Assembly (NCBI GenBank): GCA_965214705.1
Contig: CBDCCI010000002.1
Location: 32,001-96,000 of the forward strand
Direction of reading: 5' to 3'
Length of the DNA stretch: 64,000 bases
From: Alphaproteobacteria bacterium
Lineage (GTDB): Bacteria > Pseudomonadota > Alphaproteobacteria > UBA828
Numbering within the stretch: the first letter of the stretch is position 1; each line of letters opens with the position of its first letter. Positions 50,994 through 60,748 of the stretch are shown here, piece by piece. The notes under the pieces are model-generated. The model searched no databases. It was not told where the DNA came from and was given only the letters and a program-made list of their open reading frames with translations. The position numbers were made by a program, and so were the translations under genes.

Positions 50994-51454
50994 GCGCTCG
51001 ACGATATCGCATCCGAAAAACCGTTACCAGCCCCCGCGCGGGGGCGCTCAGCGCGGCGTCGGCGAGCCCGACGCCGCCTCATCGAGACCTTCGTCCAGAC
51101 CCCGCGCTACACCGGCGCCGTCTACAAGGCATCCGGCTGGATCCGCGTCGGAAACACCCAGGGGCGTGGGCGCTACGACCGGCACAAGCTCTACGACAAG
51201 CCCAGGAAGGACATCTGGCTCAGGCCGCTGCGAAAAGACTGGAAACGGGCCCTCAATCGCTGAACCCGCCCCCTCCACGGCATTACCGAACCGTTACGAC
51301 AGGAGTACGCAGGCCTACGCTTACGTTGTAATCAATCCGCTTCCAGTGCGCTTACGGAGATCCTCAGACGAACGGCCTCAGCGCGTCAGGACCTCATATT
51401 AGAACATTGTAACAACGCTGTACAGAATCACCCCCAAAATCGCGCTCGCGAAGC

Positions 51455-52453
51455 ATGAAGCGAGTTCTCTTGGGAACTACGGCACTCGTAGCTGCCGGTG
51501 CCTTCGCGGTCGGCGCAGCGGAAGCGGACGAGATGATGGCCGAGCCGATCAGCGTCGGCGTGGGCGGCTACTACACCACCGCTCTCGTCGCCCGGGACAT
51601 GGACGGTGCCATGGATGATCGCGGCCACGTCATCCAGCAGAACATGGAGATGCAGATCGCCGGCTCGTCTACCCTCGACAACGGCATCACTGTCGGCGTC
51701 AGGGTCCGCTTCACCGCCAACGACTACGAGCACAGCGACGAGCAGGAAGTCACCTTTAGCGGCGGCTTCGGCTCCCTGCACGTCGGCGCAATCGAGGGCG
51801 CCGCGCAGCAGACGGTCGTCTGGGCGCCAGGCGGGACCGTGCCGATCGGCGGCATCAAGTCGCCCTGGTTCGGCGGCATCGGCGGCATGTGGACGACGAA
51901 CGTCATCATGAACGAGGATGCGATCAAGGTTGTCTACTTCTCGCCGAGCTTTAACGGCATCTCTCTTGCCGCGAGCTACGCGCCTGAGAATACGACAGAT
52001 TCCTATGGCGGAACGGGCACTGCCGACCCGGGGCAGAACTCGGAGGGGGTCTCCGCCGCCCTTAGCTATTCGGTCGACGTCATGGGCGGCAGCTTCAGCG
52101 CCAATGTCGGCTACGAGGGCTACACGAACGAGGACGGCGGTGAGGATCCCTCGGGCTTGCGCTACGGGGCCTCGATCAGCATCGACCAGATCGCGCTCGG
52201 CGGCGCCGTGTACGATCAGGAAATCGGTGGTGTCACGACCTCGAAGTCCGATATCGGCGTGTCCTGGACCGACGGCCCCATGATGCTGGGTGTTCAGTAC
52301 GGCGACAACGAGTCCAACAACAGCAACATCGTGGCCTTCAATGCCAACTACAATCTCGGACCGGGAATCGATCTCGGGCTGCAGATCGGCGCGGGCGAGA
52401 GTGGCGCGAACGACTTCACTCAGCTCCTTCTGGGGACGATGCTCAACTTCTAA
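51455..52453 (+). CDS. Alphaproteobacterial porin, copy 3
   Basis: Paralogue of copies 1 and 2; signal peptide and terminal Phe intact. Confidence 0.9.
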   Translation: MKRVLLGTTALVAAGAFAVGAAEADEMMAEPISVGVGGYYTTALVARDMDGAMDDRGHVIQQNMEMQIAGSSTLDNGITVGVRVRFTANDYEHSDEQEVTFSGGFGSLHVGAIEGAAQQTVVWAPGGTVPIGGIKSPWFGGIGGMWTTNVIMNEDAIKVVYFSPSFNGISLAASYAPENTTDSYGGTGTADPGQNSEGVSAALSYSVDVMGGSFSANVGYEGYTNEDGGEDPSGLRYGASISIDQIALGGAVYDQEIGGVTTSKSDIGVSWTDGPMMLGVQYGDNESNNSNIVAFNANYNLGPGIDLGLQIGAGESGANDFTQLLLGTMLNF

Positions 52454-52479
52454 TCTCGAGCATTGTCGTCAAGAGTGTG

Positions 52480-52509
52480 GGGAGCGGCTTCGGCCGCTCC
52501 CTTTTCTTT
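52480..52509 (+). terminator. Rho-independent terminator after porin 3
   Basis: GGGAGCGGC-TTCG-GCCGCTCCC-TTTTCTTT. Confidence 0.85.
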
Positions 52510-52664
52510 GGGCGGATTCCAGCCGACCGCACGCGCGGCTGAGGCGATAGGACGGGAAAGCGGAGACGACTTGGATGCGTTCAATTCACACTGTATCTGT
52601 GCCGCTCCGGTCGCCTAGTAGGGCCTTGCCGGCGTAATAGGCGTCGGTCACCCTGCGCTGACCC

Positions 52665-53531
52665 ATGAGCGGTATCCTGTGGCTGGCCTCCTACCCCAAG
52701 TCGGGCAATACTTGGCTGCGTGCCTTCTTGCACAACCTGCTGCGGAATTCGCGCACGTCCTTCGACATCAACCGAATGTCCGAGTTGACGGCGGGCGACA
52801 GCCAAGCCCACTGGTACGGGCGTCTCGATCCCCGACCGCCGGCGGCGCTGGATGCGGAGGACCTCGCACGCCTCAGGCCCAGGGTGCACTCACTCATCGC
52901 GGAGAGAGCGCGCGATACCGTCATGGTCAAGACCCACAACGCCCTCGTCGAGGCCGATGGCGTGCCCATGATTACCCAGTCGCTCACGGCAGGGGCGATC
53001 TACGTCGTACGCAACCCGCTCGACGTGGTCGTCTCCTACGCCCACCACCTGGGCCAGCCGACGGACGACGTCATCACGCTCATGGAGACAAGGGGATTCC
53101 ATTCTCCCGCGACCGCGGACCAAGTGCCTGAGCACCACAGCGACTGGTCCACCCATGTCGAGAGTTGGACCGCCAGCTCGCATCCGCAGCTCCACGTCGT
53201 GCGCTACGAAGACATGAGCCGCCGGCCCGGCCCGACTTTTCGCGCCATTTCGGCCTTCCTCGGCCTCAAGCCGCCGCGCGAGCGCCTGGAGCGGGCGATG
53301 CGGCACTCGTCCTTCCGCTCACTGCGCGCGCAGGAAGACCGCACCGGCTTTATCGAGCGCACCCCGTCGCAGGACCGCTTCTTCCGGACCGGCAAGATGG
53401 GCGGCTGGCGGGAGGTGCTGGACGACGCGCAGGTCCGCCGCGTGGTAGAGCGTCACCGCACCCAAATGGAACGCTTCGGCTACTTGCCCTCCGGCTACGA
53501 GGGTACGCGCGAGCGCGATGCCGGCGGATGA
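52665..53531 (+). CDS. Sulfotransferase, copy 3 (288 aa)
   Basis: Same PAPS-binding motifs; nearly identical to copy 2. Confidence 0.9.
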   Translation: MSGILWLASYPKSGNTWLRAFLHNLLRNSRTSFDINRMSELTAGDSQAHWYGRLDPRPPAALDAEDLARLRPRVHSLIAERARDTVMVKTHNALVEADGVPMITQSLTAGAIYVVRNPLDVVVSYAHHLGQPTDDVITLMETRGFHSPATADQVPEHHSDWSTHVESWTASSHPQLHVVRYEDMSRRPGPTFRAISAFLGLKPPRERLERAMRHSSFRSLRAQEDRTGFIERTPSQDRFFRTGKMGGWREVLDDAQVRRVVERHRTQMERFGYLPSGYEGTRERDAGG

Positions 53532-54475
53532 GAAAAGAGGCGGGCTGAGCGCTGCAAATGATTGTCCAAGGAGCATAGAATTTTGTCCACCGACACCAGA
53601 TGACGTGCTGTTCGCGTTGATACGATATCACGCATGTCGGTCATGCAAACTGAACGAGATCATTATCTTTTCGGGCATCGCCGCCACGGGCACACCGAAC
53701 CCCTATATTGAGCTTTCCGAATACAGCGCTCTTGCCATCGAAATTACTACGACACGTGGTTCGCATTCGTCGTCCCGGCAATCCTAGTCGATACGTGGTT
53801 TAGGAAACGGCCGCGGTCTCGGCAGAGTCCTGTTCCTCGGTGTTTCCGGAAAGCATATGCACGGCGTTAAGCGCGACGCCATCAGGTTCGATCTCGGGCT
53901 CCACGCTGGCGAGAAAGGCTATCGCTTCCTCTATGATCTCGGGCTCCATCCCCCGATGTCATGGCCGCCGGGGAGCCAGCAGTAAGGCGGATGGCGTGGA
54001 CAACCGGCGCGCACGCTTCCTCGGCGAAGCCTCCGTCTGCGAGAAGCTGTGCGGCCCTGAGCTTGTGATCGGCCACGGCCCGCGAGCGCCTGAGCCTGGA
54101 GCTGGCCTTCCTGCTCGTCCTTACCCTCTTGTTCTCCGGGCAGGGGGAAAATCGCTCTCTTTTTCCGTTGTCTCTGTCAGTAAAGGGATCAGCACGGACT
54201 GAGCCAGCTGCAGCATCGCCTCTTGAGTCGTGAGATCGATCGCCATGACCGCGCGCTCCGCAAGTCCTGGCAGACGTTTCTTTCTTCGCTAATCCCGATG
54301 GCCGGGAGGTCAATTGCAGCCAGATTCGCTCATTCCCTTGGTCTACAAGCACTTTTTCCCCGCACCCCTTCACCCAACTGCAAGATTTAGAGCGAACTCT
54401 TGCTCCGACGGTTCGTATCAACCGGCAATTGCTGTCTTGAGTGCCCCCCGGTTCCGCTATAGCGTGTGCCTCGAG

Positions 54476-54497
54476 AATGTAGTCATATACCTACATT
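54476..54497. promoter_or_regulatory. Putative TA operator palindrome
   Basis: AATGTAG-N8-CTACATT just upstream of the antitoxin. Confidence 0.55.
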
Positions 54498-54514
54498 CAT
54501 CGTGAAAGGTGGGC

Positions 54515-54769
54515 ATGAGCATCACAACCATCACCAGTCGAAAACTCAATCACAACATTGCACGCGCGAAGAAAGCCGCGAAGTCGGGGCCCGTTTTCAT
54601 AACCGACCGGGGCAAGCTGGCGCATGTGCTGCTCAGCATTGAGGACTACCGACGCCTTACAGGAAAGCGTCGCAGCATAGTGGAATCATTGTCCATGCCG
54701 GGATTGTCTGACATCGACCTGAAACCGCCGCGTCTGAACATCAATACTCCCGCCGCTAATCTTCCTTGA
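54515..54769 (+). CDS. Phd/YefM-family antitoxin
   Basis: TTITSR..AKKAA..GPVFITDRG..HVLLSIEDYRRL. Confidence 0.88.
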   Translation: MSITTITSRKLNHNIARAKKAAKSGPVFITDRGKLAHVLLSIEDYRRLTGKRRSIVESLSMPGLSDIDLKPPRLNINTPAANLP

Positions 54770-55191
54770 TGTTCCTACTGGACACGAACGTGTTGTCTGA
54801 ACTTCGCAAGGTTGGAGATGGCAGGGCTGACACGCGTGTGACCGCATGGGTCTCCAGACAGGACGCCGCGAACTTCTACATCTTTGCACTAACTCTTATG
54901 GAAATTGAGATCGGCATCCTGCGTGTTGAACGGCGTGACGCTGAACAGGAAGAACGGCTGCGGTCATGGATGGAGCGGCATGTCCTACCGGAGTTCCTGG
55001 AGCGCACGTTGCCGGTTGATTCTAATGTCGCCCTTACGTGTGCCCGGTTGCATGTGCCCGACCCACGGGGCGAACGAGACGCACTTATCGCCGCGACGGC
55101 CATCGTGCATGGGATGACAGTGGTTACCGGCAACTTGGTTGACTTCGAAGCAACCAGTGTGCCGCTGATTGATCCGTGGACCGAGCCATGA
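54769..55191 (+). CDS. vapC: VapC (PIN) toxin
   Basis: FLLDTNVLSELRK, DALIAATAIVHGMTVVT.N..DF; TGATG overlap. Confidence 0.9.
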   Translation: MFLLDTNVLSELRKVGDGRADTRVTAWVSRQDAANFYIFALTLMEIEIGILRVERRDAEQEERLRSWMERHVLPEFLERTLPVDSNVALTCARLHVPDPRGERDALIAATAIVHGMTVVTGNLVDFEATSVPLIDPWTEP

Positions 55192-55467
55192 CTAGGCGCA
55201 TAGTGAGGCACGAAAGAAACAACGACTCTCCGCATAGGGCGGCGTGCCAGCGAAAGAACCGTTCCGGGCCGCGCTTGATCTCAACGGATTAATTCCTCGC
55301 TCAGCGCGCCAGAAGCAGGCGCTGGCCCGAGACGCGAGTCGTCATGGCTAGAGGCTCCCTCCACCCGATCGCGATTATCCCATCGTGGCTCAAGGCGCAT
55401 AGAAATTCTGACAGAGTTTGGACGTCCTCTACCTTTGGAAGCAAGAGAAAACGGCGGGTTTTCGCTT

Positions 55468-56207
55468 GGACCGCATCCGTTTTAGACGGAACCATATCCG
55501 ACGTTTCGGATGTAGTTTTGGCATTCGCTGGGCTCGATGGTGGCGATGAGGTGTCCGAGATGGCGCCAAGTGTCCTCAAAGTCGCGCTTCTGCGCGCTTC
55601 GCATCCAGTGCTTGATCTTGGCGAAGGCCTGCTCGATGGGATTGAGGTCGGGTGAGTAGGGCGGCAGGAACCAGAGGCGGGCACCGGTACTGCGGATGGC
55701 CTGGCGGACCGCCTTGCCTTTGTGGCTTGTGAGATTGTCGAGGATGACGATGTCGCCGGGCTTGAGGGTGGGGACGAGCTCTTGGTTGCCCCAGGCCTGG
55801 AAGCAGCGTGTGTTGATGGGGCCGTCGAAGACGCGAGGGGCACTGATCCCGTCTGCGCGCAGGGCGGCGAGGAAGGTCATGGTGCGCCAGTGGCCGTGAG
55901 GCGCATATCCCTTCAGGCGCTGCCCTCGCTGCGCCCAGCCCCTGAGCGGTGCCATGTTGGTCTTGATCCAGGTCTTGTCCACGAAGACCAGGCGGTCCGG
56001 GTCGAGGTGGCGCTTGAGCCCCTGCCAGCGCGCCGCCACTTGGCGGATCGGCTCGCCCGCCAGATGAGCCCGCACCACGCGCTCGCGAAGATCACTCGAA
56101 TAGGGTTGTGTCATCCATGCTGGCCTCCTTCACCAGTAGCCAGCTTGAATCACATTCCCTAACCAATGGGAATTCCTAACGATGCTCTCAATAACCGATA
56201 GGCTCTA
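55468..56207 (-). pseudogene. IS630-family element with internal deletion
   Basis: MTQPYSSDLRERV fused directly to RWQGLK..FVDKTW (catalytic DE altered), ILDNL, LPPYSPDLNPIE. Confidence 0.8.
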
Positions 56208-56370
56208 GAGTACCCTGATCCAGGTACGCGCGGGTCTCGCGGTCCCTGCAGGCGCGGCGGAATTCCCGGGCGTCGATGGCAACGGCGGTTAGCACTCCCA
56301 TCTGAATCGTGTGATCGGATCGCCGCGCGCTGCTCGCAACTGAGGGGGACGCAGAGTTGTCGAGCGAGCC

Positions 56371-59337
56371 TCACAAACGTTGGCGGAACGTGAAGTAGAT
56401 CGCGCGAAATCGATCGCGAGGATGATCGTGCAATTCAACCTTTATCCTGGAGTTCGGGGTGTCGCGAAGGTCAGCACCCAAGGTTCGCCGAACCGAGCTC
56501 TCGCCCTGATAGCGAACTAAGCCAACGTAGGGCCGCATCGCTCCGAAAAGAGGCCCACCCCACAGGCTGTAACCAGCCTCGCCCCGCAAACCGGCGTCGG
56601 ACGGCACTCCATCGCCGACAGACACGAGATGTGTGTCAAGCTCCAGCTCCAGACCGCGACGCGTCCCTTCGGGAGCAAAACGCACGCCGATGCCAAGGCC
56701 CCAGGCAGTCTGTTCGTAGCCACCGAGGCTAAACGAGCCCTCGGCACTTCCGATCAGGGTAAGGCGGGGATCGAATATGCCTTCCACGGACACGGAACCT
56801 TCTGCCTCCAGCTGACTGCCTTGGGGTCCATCTCCGGTCAAGCGCTTGTAGGCCACGGCTAGTGAAGGTGTGCCGGGGACCGGCGCACTCCACGCAAGGC
56901 CGGCGCGATAGTCGAGGCCGCGCATGGTGGGCAGTGACGACGAAATGCTGCCGCCACCCTCGATCTTCAAAGCAAATGACTCGATGCCGGCTTCGGCTTG
57001 AAGCTCTCCGGACAAGACATCGGCGACCGGAACGGAGGCGCCCACGTCATACGCGAGAAGGCTCACGTCGGAGCGCGACCAGGAGGGGAAGCCTAGGTCG
57101 TCGCGGTGGCGCAGGTGACCCAATCCGGCGCCTACCGACGCCCAGAGGTGCCCGCCCCAAGGAATGTGCCACGCAGCGAAGGGATGCACGGAGAGGATTT
57201 CGGTATTGTGCTCTCCGGCGAGATAGCCGCGTTCAAAGAGGTTCGCCCCTGCGCGGTAATCAAGATCGGAGTGGGTGAACGAGGCAACCAGTCCCGCCTG
57301 CCAAGAGCCGGCCCCCAGTTCCGCTCCAGTGCTCAGCGACCCGCTGGATCCGGTGTAGTTGAAGCTTTCGCTCTGCCCGGACAGCGAACCCATGGCAACA
57401 GCGGGTGAAATCGCGGAGAGTACGCGCGGGACGCCGGGCGACCAGCTGCGAACGCGATTCCGAACGGCAGTGTGGGCGACATCGACGGCGCGTCGCGCAT
57501 GAATGGGCGCGAGCGCGGTGTGGACGGGGTTGGAGACGATTTCGCTTTGAGCGGCGGAGCGCGGTGCCGGTGCGGTGGTGTCAGGACACCGATACTCTCG
57601 CACGCTTTCGTCCCAGTACGCGTCGTCGCGCACTTGAAGCTGGATGTGAACAAGGTGATCGGGCTCGAGGTCGCCAGAGGGGTCGGGACAGAAGCCACCG
57701 CCGGGATTGAACTGGACGTCCAGGCAGAGAGCGTCATCGGCATTCTCCGCGCTCACTCCCGCGGTGCCGACCAGATAGCGATATGTGTTGGGAGTGCCGA
57801 GGATTGGAACCGTAGACGGATGAATATACGTAAGTCGACGCGTGATCCGGTTGAATTCCAGGAAGGGAATGTGGGGGCGATCAAGCAGTTCGTAAACGTC
57901 TTGGCCGACTTCTCCACCATGCGCATGGGGCAATATAGCGACGTCTGTGGGAGTTCCGGGGTTGGGAAGTACGCAAGGCCCACCGGGCTCGACCGTACGC
58001 GTCCTGAAGCGCCACGCCTCCCCCAGATCGAGAGGGTCGACGATCAACGCGAAATCGCGCGAGACGCTGGCAGGAGTAAGAGCGCTGTCGGTCACCCGGT
58101 AGGTGCAATCCGGACCTCTATAGGCCTCCAGCGGTGAGCCGGACAGAGTGCGGGCGTCCTGGCTGAAGCGTAATCCGGAAGGGAGCTCGCATCCGAGAAT
58201 TTCGTAGGTGTAAGGCGCCACACCCCCCGTTGCGGGTGCGAAGGTCACCCTGGCGCGCCGCTCCATGGGGAGAGAGACGACGGCGCCTGGGGGGGAGGTG
58301 AGCACGAAATCCTGGGGAAGCGAGAGGGGGGTGACAGCGCGGCCTGACACCTCGACCTCGACGGCCCTTGAGGCCGTCACTGCGGGCTGCGAACTGTCCG
58401 TTGCGGTATAGGTGCACGAATCGCGGAAGCGAGCGTCCGGAGTTCCGGCGAACACACGGGTCTCCGGCGCGAAGCCCAACCCCGACGGCAGCTGCCCCCC
58501 GGCGCAGGTGAAGGAATAAGTATATGGCTCGACGCCGCCGGCAGCAGCCGGCAGCGCCGCGCCGTGATAGTTCCCGACGGTCAGGCTCAGCTTTTCCGGG
58601 GAGGGAAGCGAGAGGGTGGCGGCGCGGCTTGACACCTCGACCTCTACCGCCCTCGAGACCATCACTGCGGGCTGCGAACTGTCCGTAGCGGTATAGGTGC
58701 ACGAATCGCGGAAGCGGGCGTCCGGAGTGCCAGCGAACACGCGAGTCTCGGGCCCGAAGCCCATCCCGGATGGCAGCACACCTCCGATGCACGTGAAAGA
58801 ATACGTATACGGTGGACCGCCGCCAGCAGCAGCTGGGAGCTCTTCGCTGTGGAAAGTTCCGACAGCAAGATTTACCTTGCTGAGTTGCGGAAGTGAGAGG
58901 CTGTCAGCAGCTTTCGAGGAACCAACTACAAGGCGAAGCCCATGCGATAAAGCGCGCCTCCCAAAAATAGCAGAATCGGTAATGAGGTAAGTGCAGAAGA
59001 AAGTCCTACCATGATCTTCGACGGGAGCGGAGCCTGCAAGGATCCCCTGGTCGGAGAAGAGGGTCACCCAGTCAGGGCAGTCGTTGATACTTGACTTGAA
59101 CGGGGGGACACCGCCGGGAATACGAAATGGCAACTGATGCTCCACAGCGCCCCCTGGGGGAAACTCGAGCTGAAGCGTTCTGCTTTTCTCCTCCAGAGCC
59201 GAGACGGAAGGTTTGCCTGAGCCGCCGCAGGCAGCAAGCGCGAACGAGAGAGCGATGCAGGCAAAGGCGGCAATTCCGTGGTGTATCATCCGATCAAACC
59301 GACCGTTGGGGCACGCGGAATGCGGTTCCACGCTCAT
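56371..59337 (-). CDS. Autotransporter-like adhesin with putative Ig-like repeats and lipobox
   Basis: LAAC-GGSG, repeated GG..PYTY...LPSG..F.PETR..GTP...TYTATDS modules, C-terminal beta-barrel (SVHPFAAW, MRPYVG). Confidence 0.75.
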   Translation of the reverse strand: MSVEPHSACPNGRFDRMIHHGIAAFACIALSFALAACGGSGKPSVSALEEKSRTLQLEFPPGGAVEHQLPFRIPGGVPPFKSSINDCPDWVTLFSDQGILAGSAPVEDHGRTFFCTYLITDSAIFGRRALSHGLRLVVGSSKAADSLSLPQLSKVNLAVGTFHSEELPAAAGGGPPYTYSFTCIGGVLPSGMGFGPETRVFAGTPDARFRDSCTYTATDSSQPAVMVSRAVEVEVSSRAATLSLPSPEKLSLTVGNYHGAALPAAAGGVEPYTYSFTCAGGQLPSGLGFAPETRVFAGTPDARFRDSCTYTATDSSQPAVTASRAVEVEVSGRAVTPLSLPQDFVLTSPPGAVVSLPMERRARVTFAPATGGVAPYTYEILGCELPSGLRFSQDARTLSGSPLEAYRGPDCTYRVTDSALTPASVSRDFALIVDPLDLGEAWRFRTRTVEPGGPCVLPNPGTPTDVAILPHAHGGEVGQDVYELLDRPHIPFLEFNRITRRLTYIHPSTVPILGTPNTYRYLVGTAGVSAENADDALCLDVQFNPGGGFCPDPSGDLEPDHLVHIQLQVRDDAYWDESVREYRCPDTTAPAPRSAAQSEIVSNPVHTALAPIHARRAVDVAHTAVRNRVRSWSPGVPRVLSAISPAVAMGSLSGQSESFNYTGSSGSLSTGAELGAGSWQAGLVASFTHSDLDYRAGANLFERGYLAGEHNTEILSVHPFAAWHIPWGGHLWASVGAGLGHLRHRDDLGFPSWSRSDVSLLAYDVGASVPVADVLSGELQAEAGIESFALKIEGGGSISSSLPTMRGLDYRAGLAWSAPVPGTPSLAVAYKRLTGDGPQGSQLEAEGSVSVEGIFDPRLTLIGSAEGSFSLGGYEQTAWGLGIGVRFAPEGTRRGLELELDTHLVSVGDGVPSDAGLRGEAGYSLWGGPLFGAMRPYVGLVRYQGESSVRRTLGADLRDTPNSRIKVELHDHPRDRFRAIYFTFRQRL

Positions 59338-59719
59338 TCAGTGCCTCGGTGGTATCCTCGCTTGTCATCTTCAGCCCGCCAATCCTGCCGGTTTGACCGG
59401 TCAGAAAAGCTCTCCTCTCAACAAGACGCCCGTCAACTCTCGAGGATTGGCGAGATAATTCGAGACCGCTAATTGTCAAACTATTAGCGAATGCAGAACA
59501 TCATGATGGTGAAGGTGGAACAAGCTAAATTTTGTAATAGTGACTTTTAGAAAACTCCACAATTGAGAATTCAGAAACACAAATTTCTGAAAGGGTACGT
59601 CTCGGCGTCGTTTCTTGCAAACACCGGGGCCAACATTCTTTCTGTCGTACTTTCGGCGCTCGCTCTTCCCAGCACAACCCGACTGGCAAGCCCGCTGCGA
59701 TGTACCTCCTGCTGCGTCC

Positions 59720-60334
59720 TAGACCGCATCCGTTTTAGACGGAACCATATCCGGCGTTTCGGATGTAGTTCTGACATTCGCTTGGCTCGATGGTGGCGAT
59801 GAGGTGGCCGAGATGGCGCCAAGTGTCCTCGAAGTTGCGCTTCTGCGCGTTGCGCATCCAGTGCTTGATCTTGGCGAAGGTCTGCTCGGTGGGGTTTGAG
59901 GTCGGGTGAGTAGGGCGGCAGGAACCAGAGGCGGGCGCCGGTGCTGCGGATGGCCTGGCGGACCGCCTTGCCTTTGTGGCTTGTGAGATTGTCGAGGATG
60001 ACGATGTCGCCGGGCTTGAGGGTGGGGACGAGCTCTTGGTTGCCCCAGGCCTGGAAGCAGCGTGTGTTGATAGGGCCGTCGAAGACGCAAGGGGCGCTGA
60101 TCCCGTCTGTGCGCAGGGCGGCAAGGAAGGTCATAGTGCGCCAGTGGCCGTGAGGCGCATATCCCTTCAGGCGCTGGCCTCGCTGTGCCCAGCCCCTGAG
60201 CGGTGCCATGTTGGTCTTGATCCAGGTCTCGTCCACGAAGACCGGGTGGTCCGGGTCGAGGTGGCGCTTGAGCGCCTGCCAGCGTGCTCTCTTGCGGGCA
60301 ACGGCGGCGCGCGCCTGCTCAGTCACGAACTGCG
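59720..60334 (-). pseudogene. IS630-family 3' fragment, frameshifted
   Basis: Near-identical to 55468-56028; FVDETWIKTNM; frameshift after PDLK. Confidence 0.8.
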
Positions 60335-60748
60335 GCGCGACAAACAAGATGAGGAGCGCCGAGCTAACTGGCGCAGGGGAGTCGGTGAGAGTCCGACGGG
60401 AAGGAAAGGCTAACCACTACTTCCACCGCGAGCCGTGCGGCGGCATCCGTGAGGGTGCGGTCGAAGCGTCGGTAGCGGCGCGTGTGGCCGGGATGATTGA
60501 GCATCGAAAATGTTATGGTCCGGAGTGCCGAGGTTTTCTCATCGGCCGAAGGCGACACCCGCAGGACCGCTCTGGTGAGGCACTGCGGGGCTCCGCGTTG
60601 TCTGAGGAATCCATGGACGCACGTACACCCCTGTGCCGGGACTCGGGAGGGCTTCGACTTGCCCCGGTGGTCGTACCGGGGCCGCGGAAGAAAGGAGGAT
60701 ATCCGAATCGAAGATGTACGAGTCGAAGCAATCTGATTCGGCCATAGT

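Larger units (their letters stand above)
47844..51297 (-). mobile_element. IS66-like element with DUF4338 passenger and 220-bp terminal inverted repeats
   Basis: GTAA...TTAC ends; 47844-48063 is the reverse complement of 51078-51297; no matching TSD. Confidence 0.8.

Noticed and set aside
53840-54421. ORFs downstream of sulfotransferase 3
   Set aside because: Possibly a decayed gene tail, but no recognisable motif or reliable start.
60335-60353. GCGCG at the IS630 breakpoint as the 5' end of intron C
   Set aside because: No EBS1 loop matching ACTGCG was found, whereas the 60354 boundary has a perfect EBS1/IBS1 pair.
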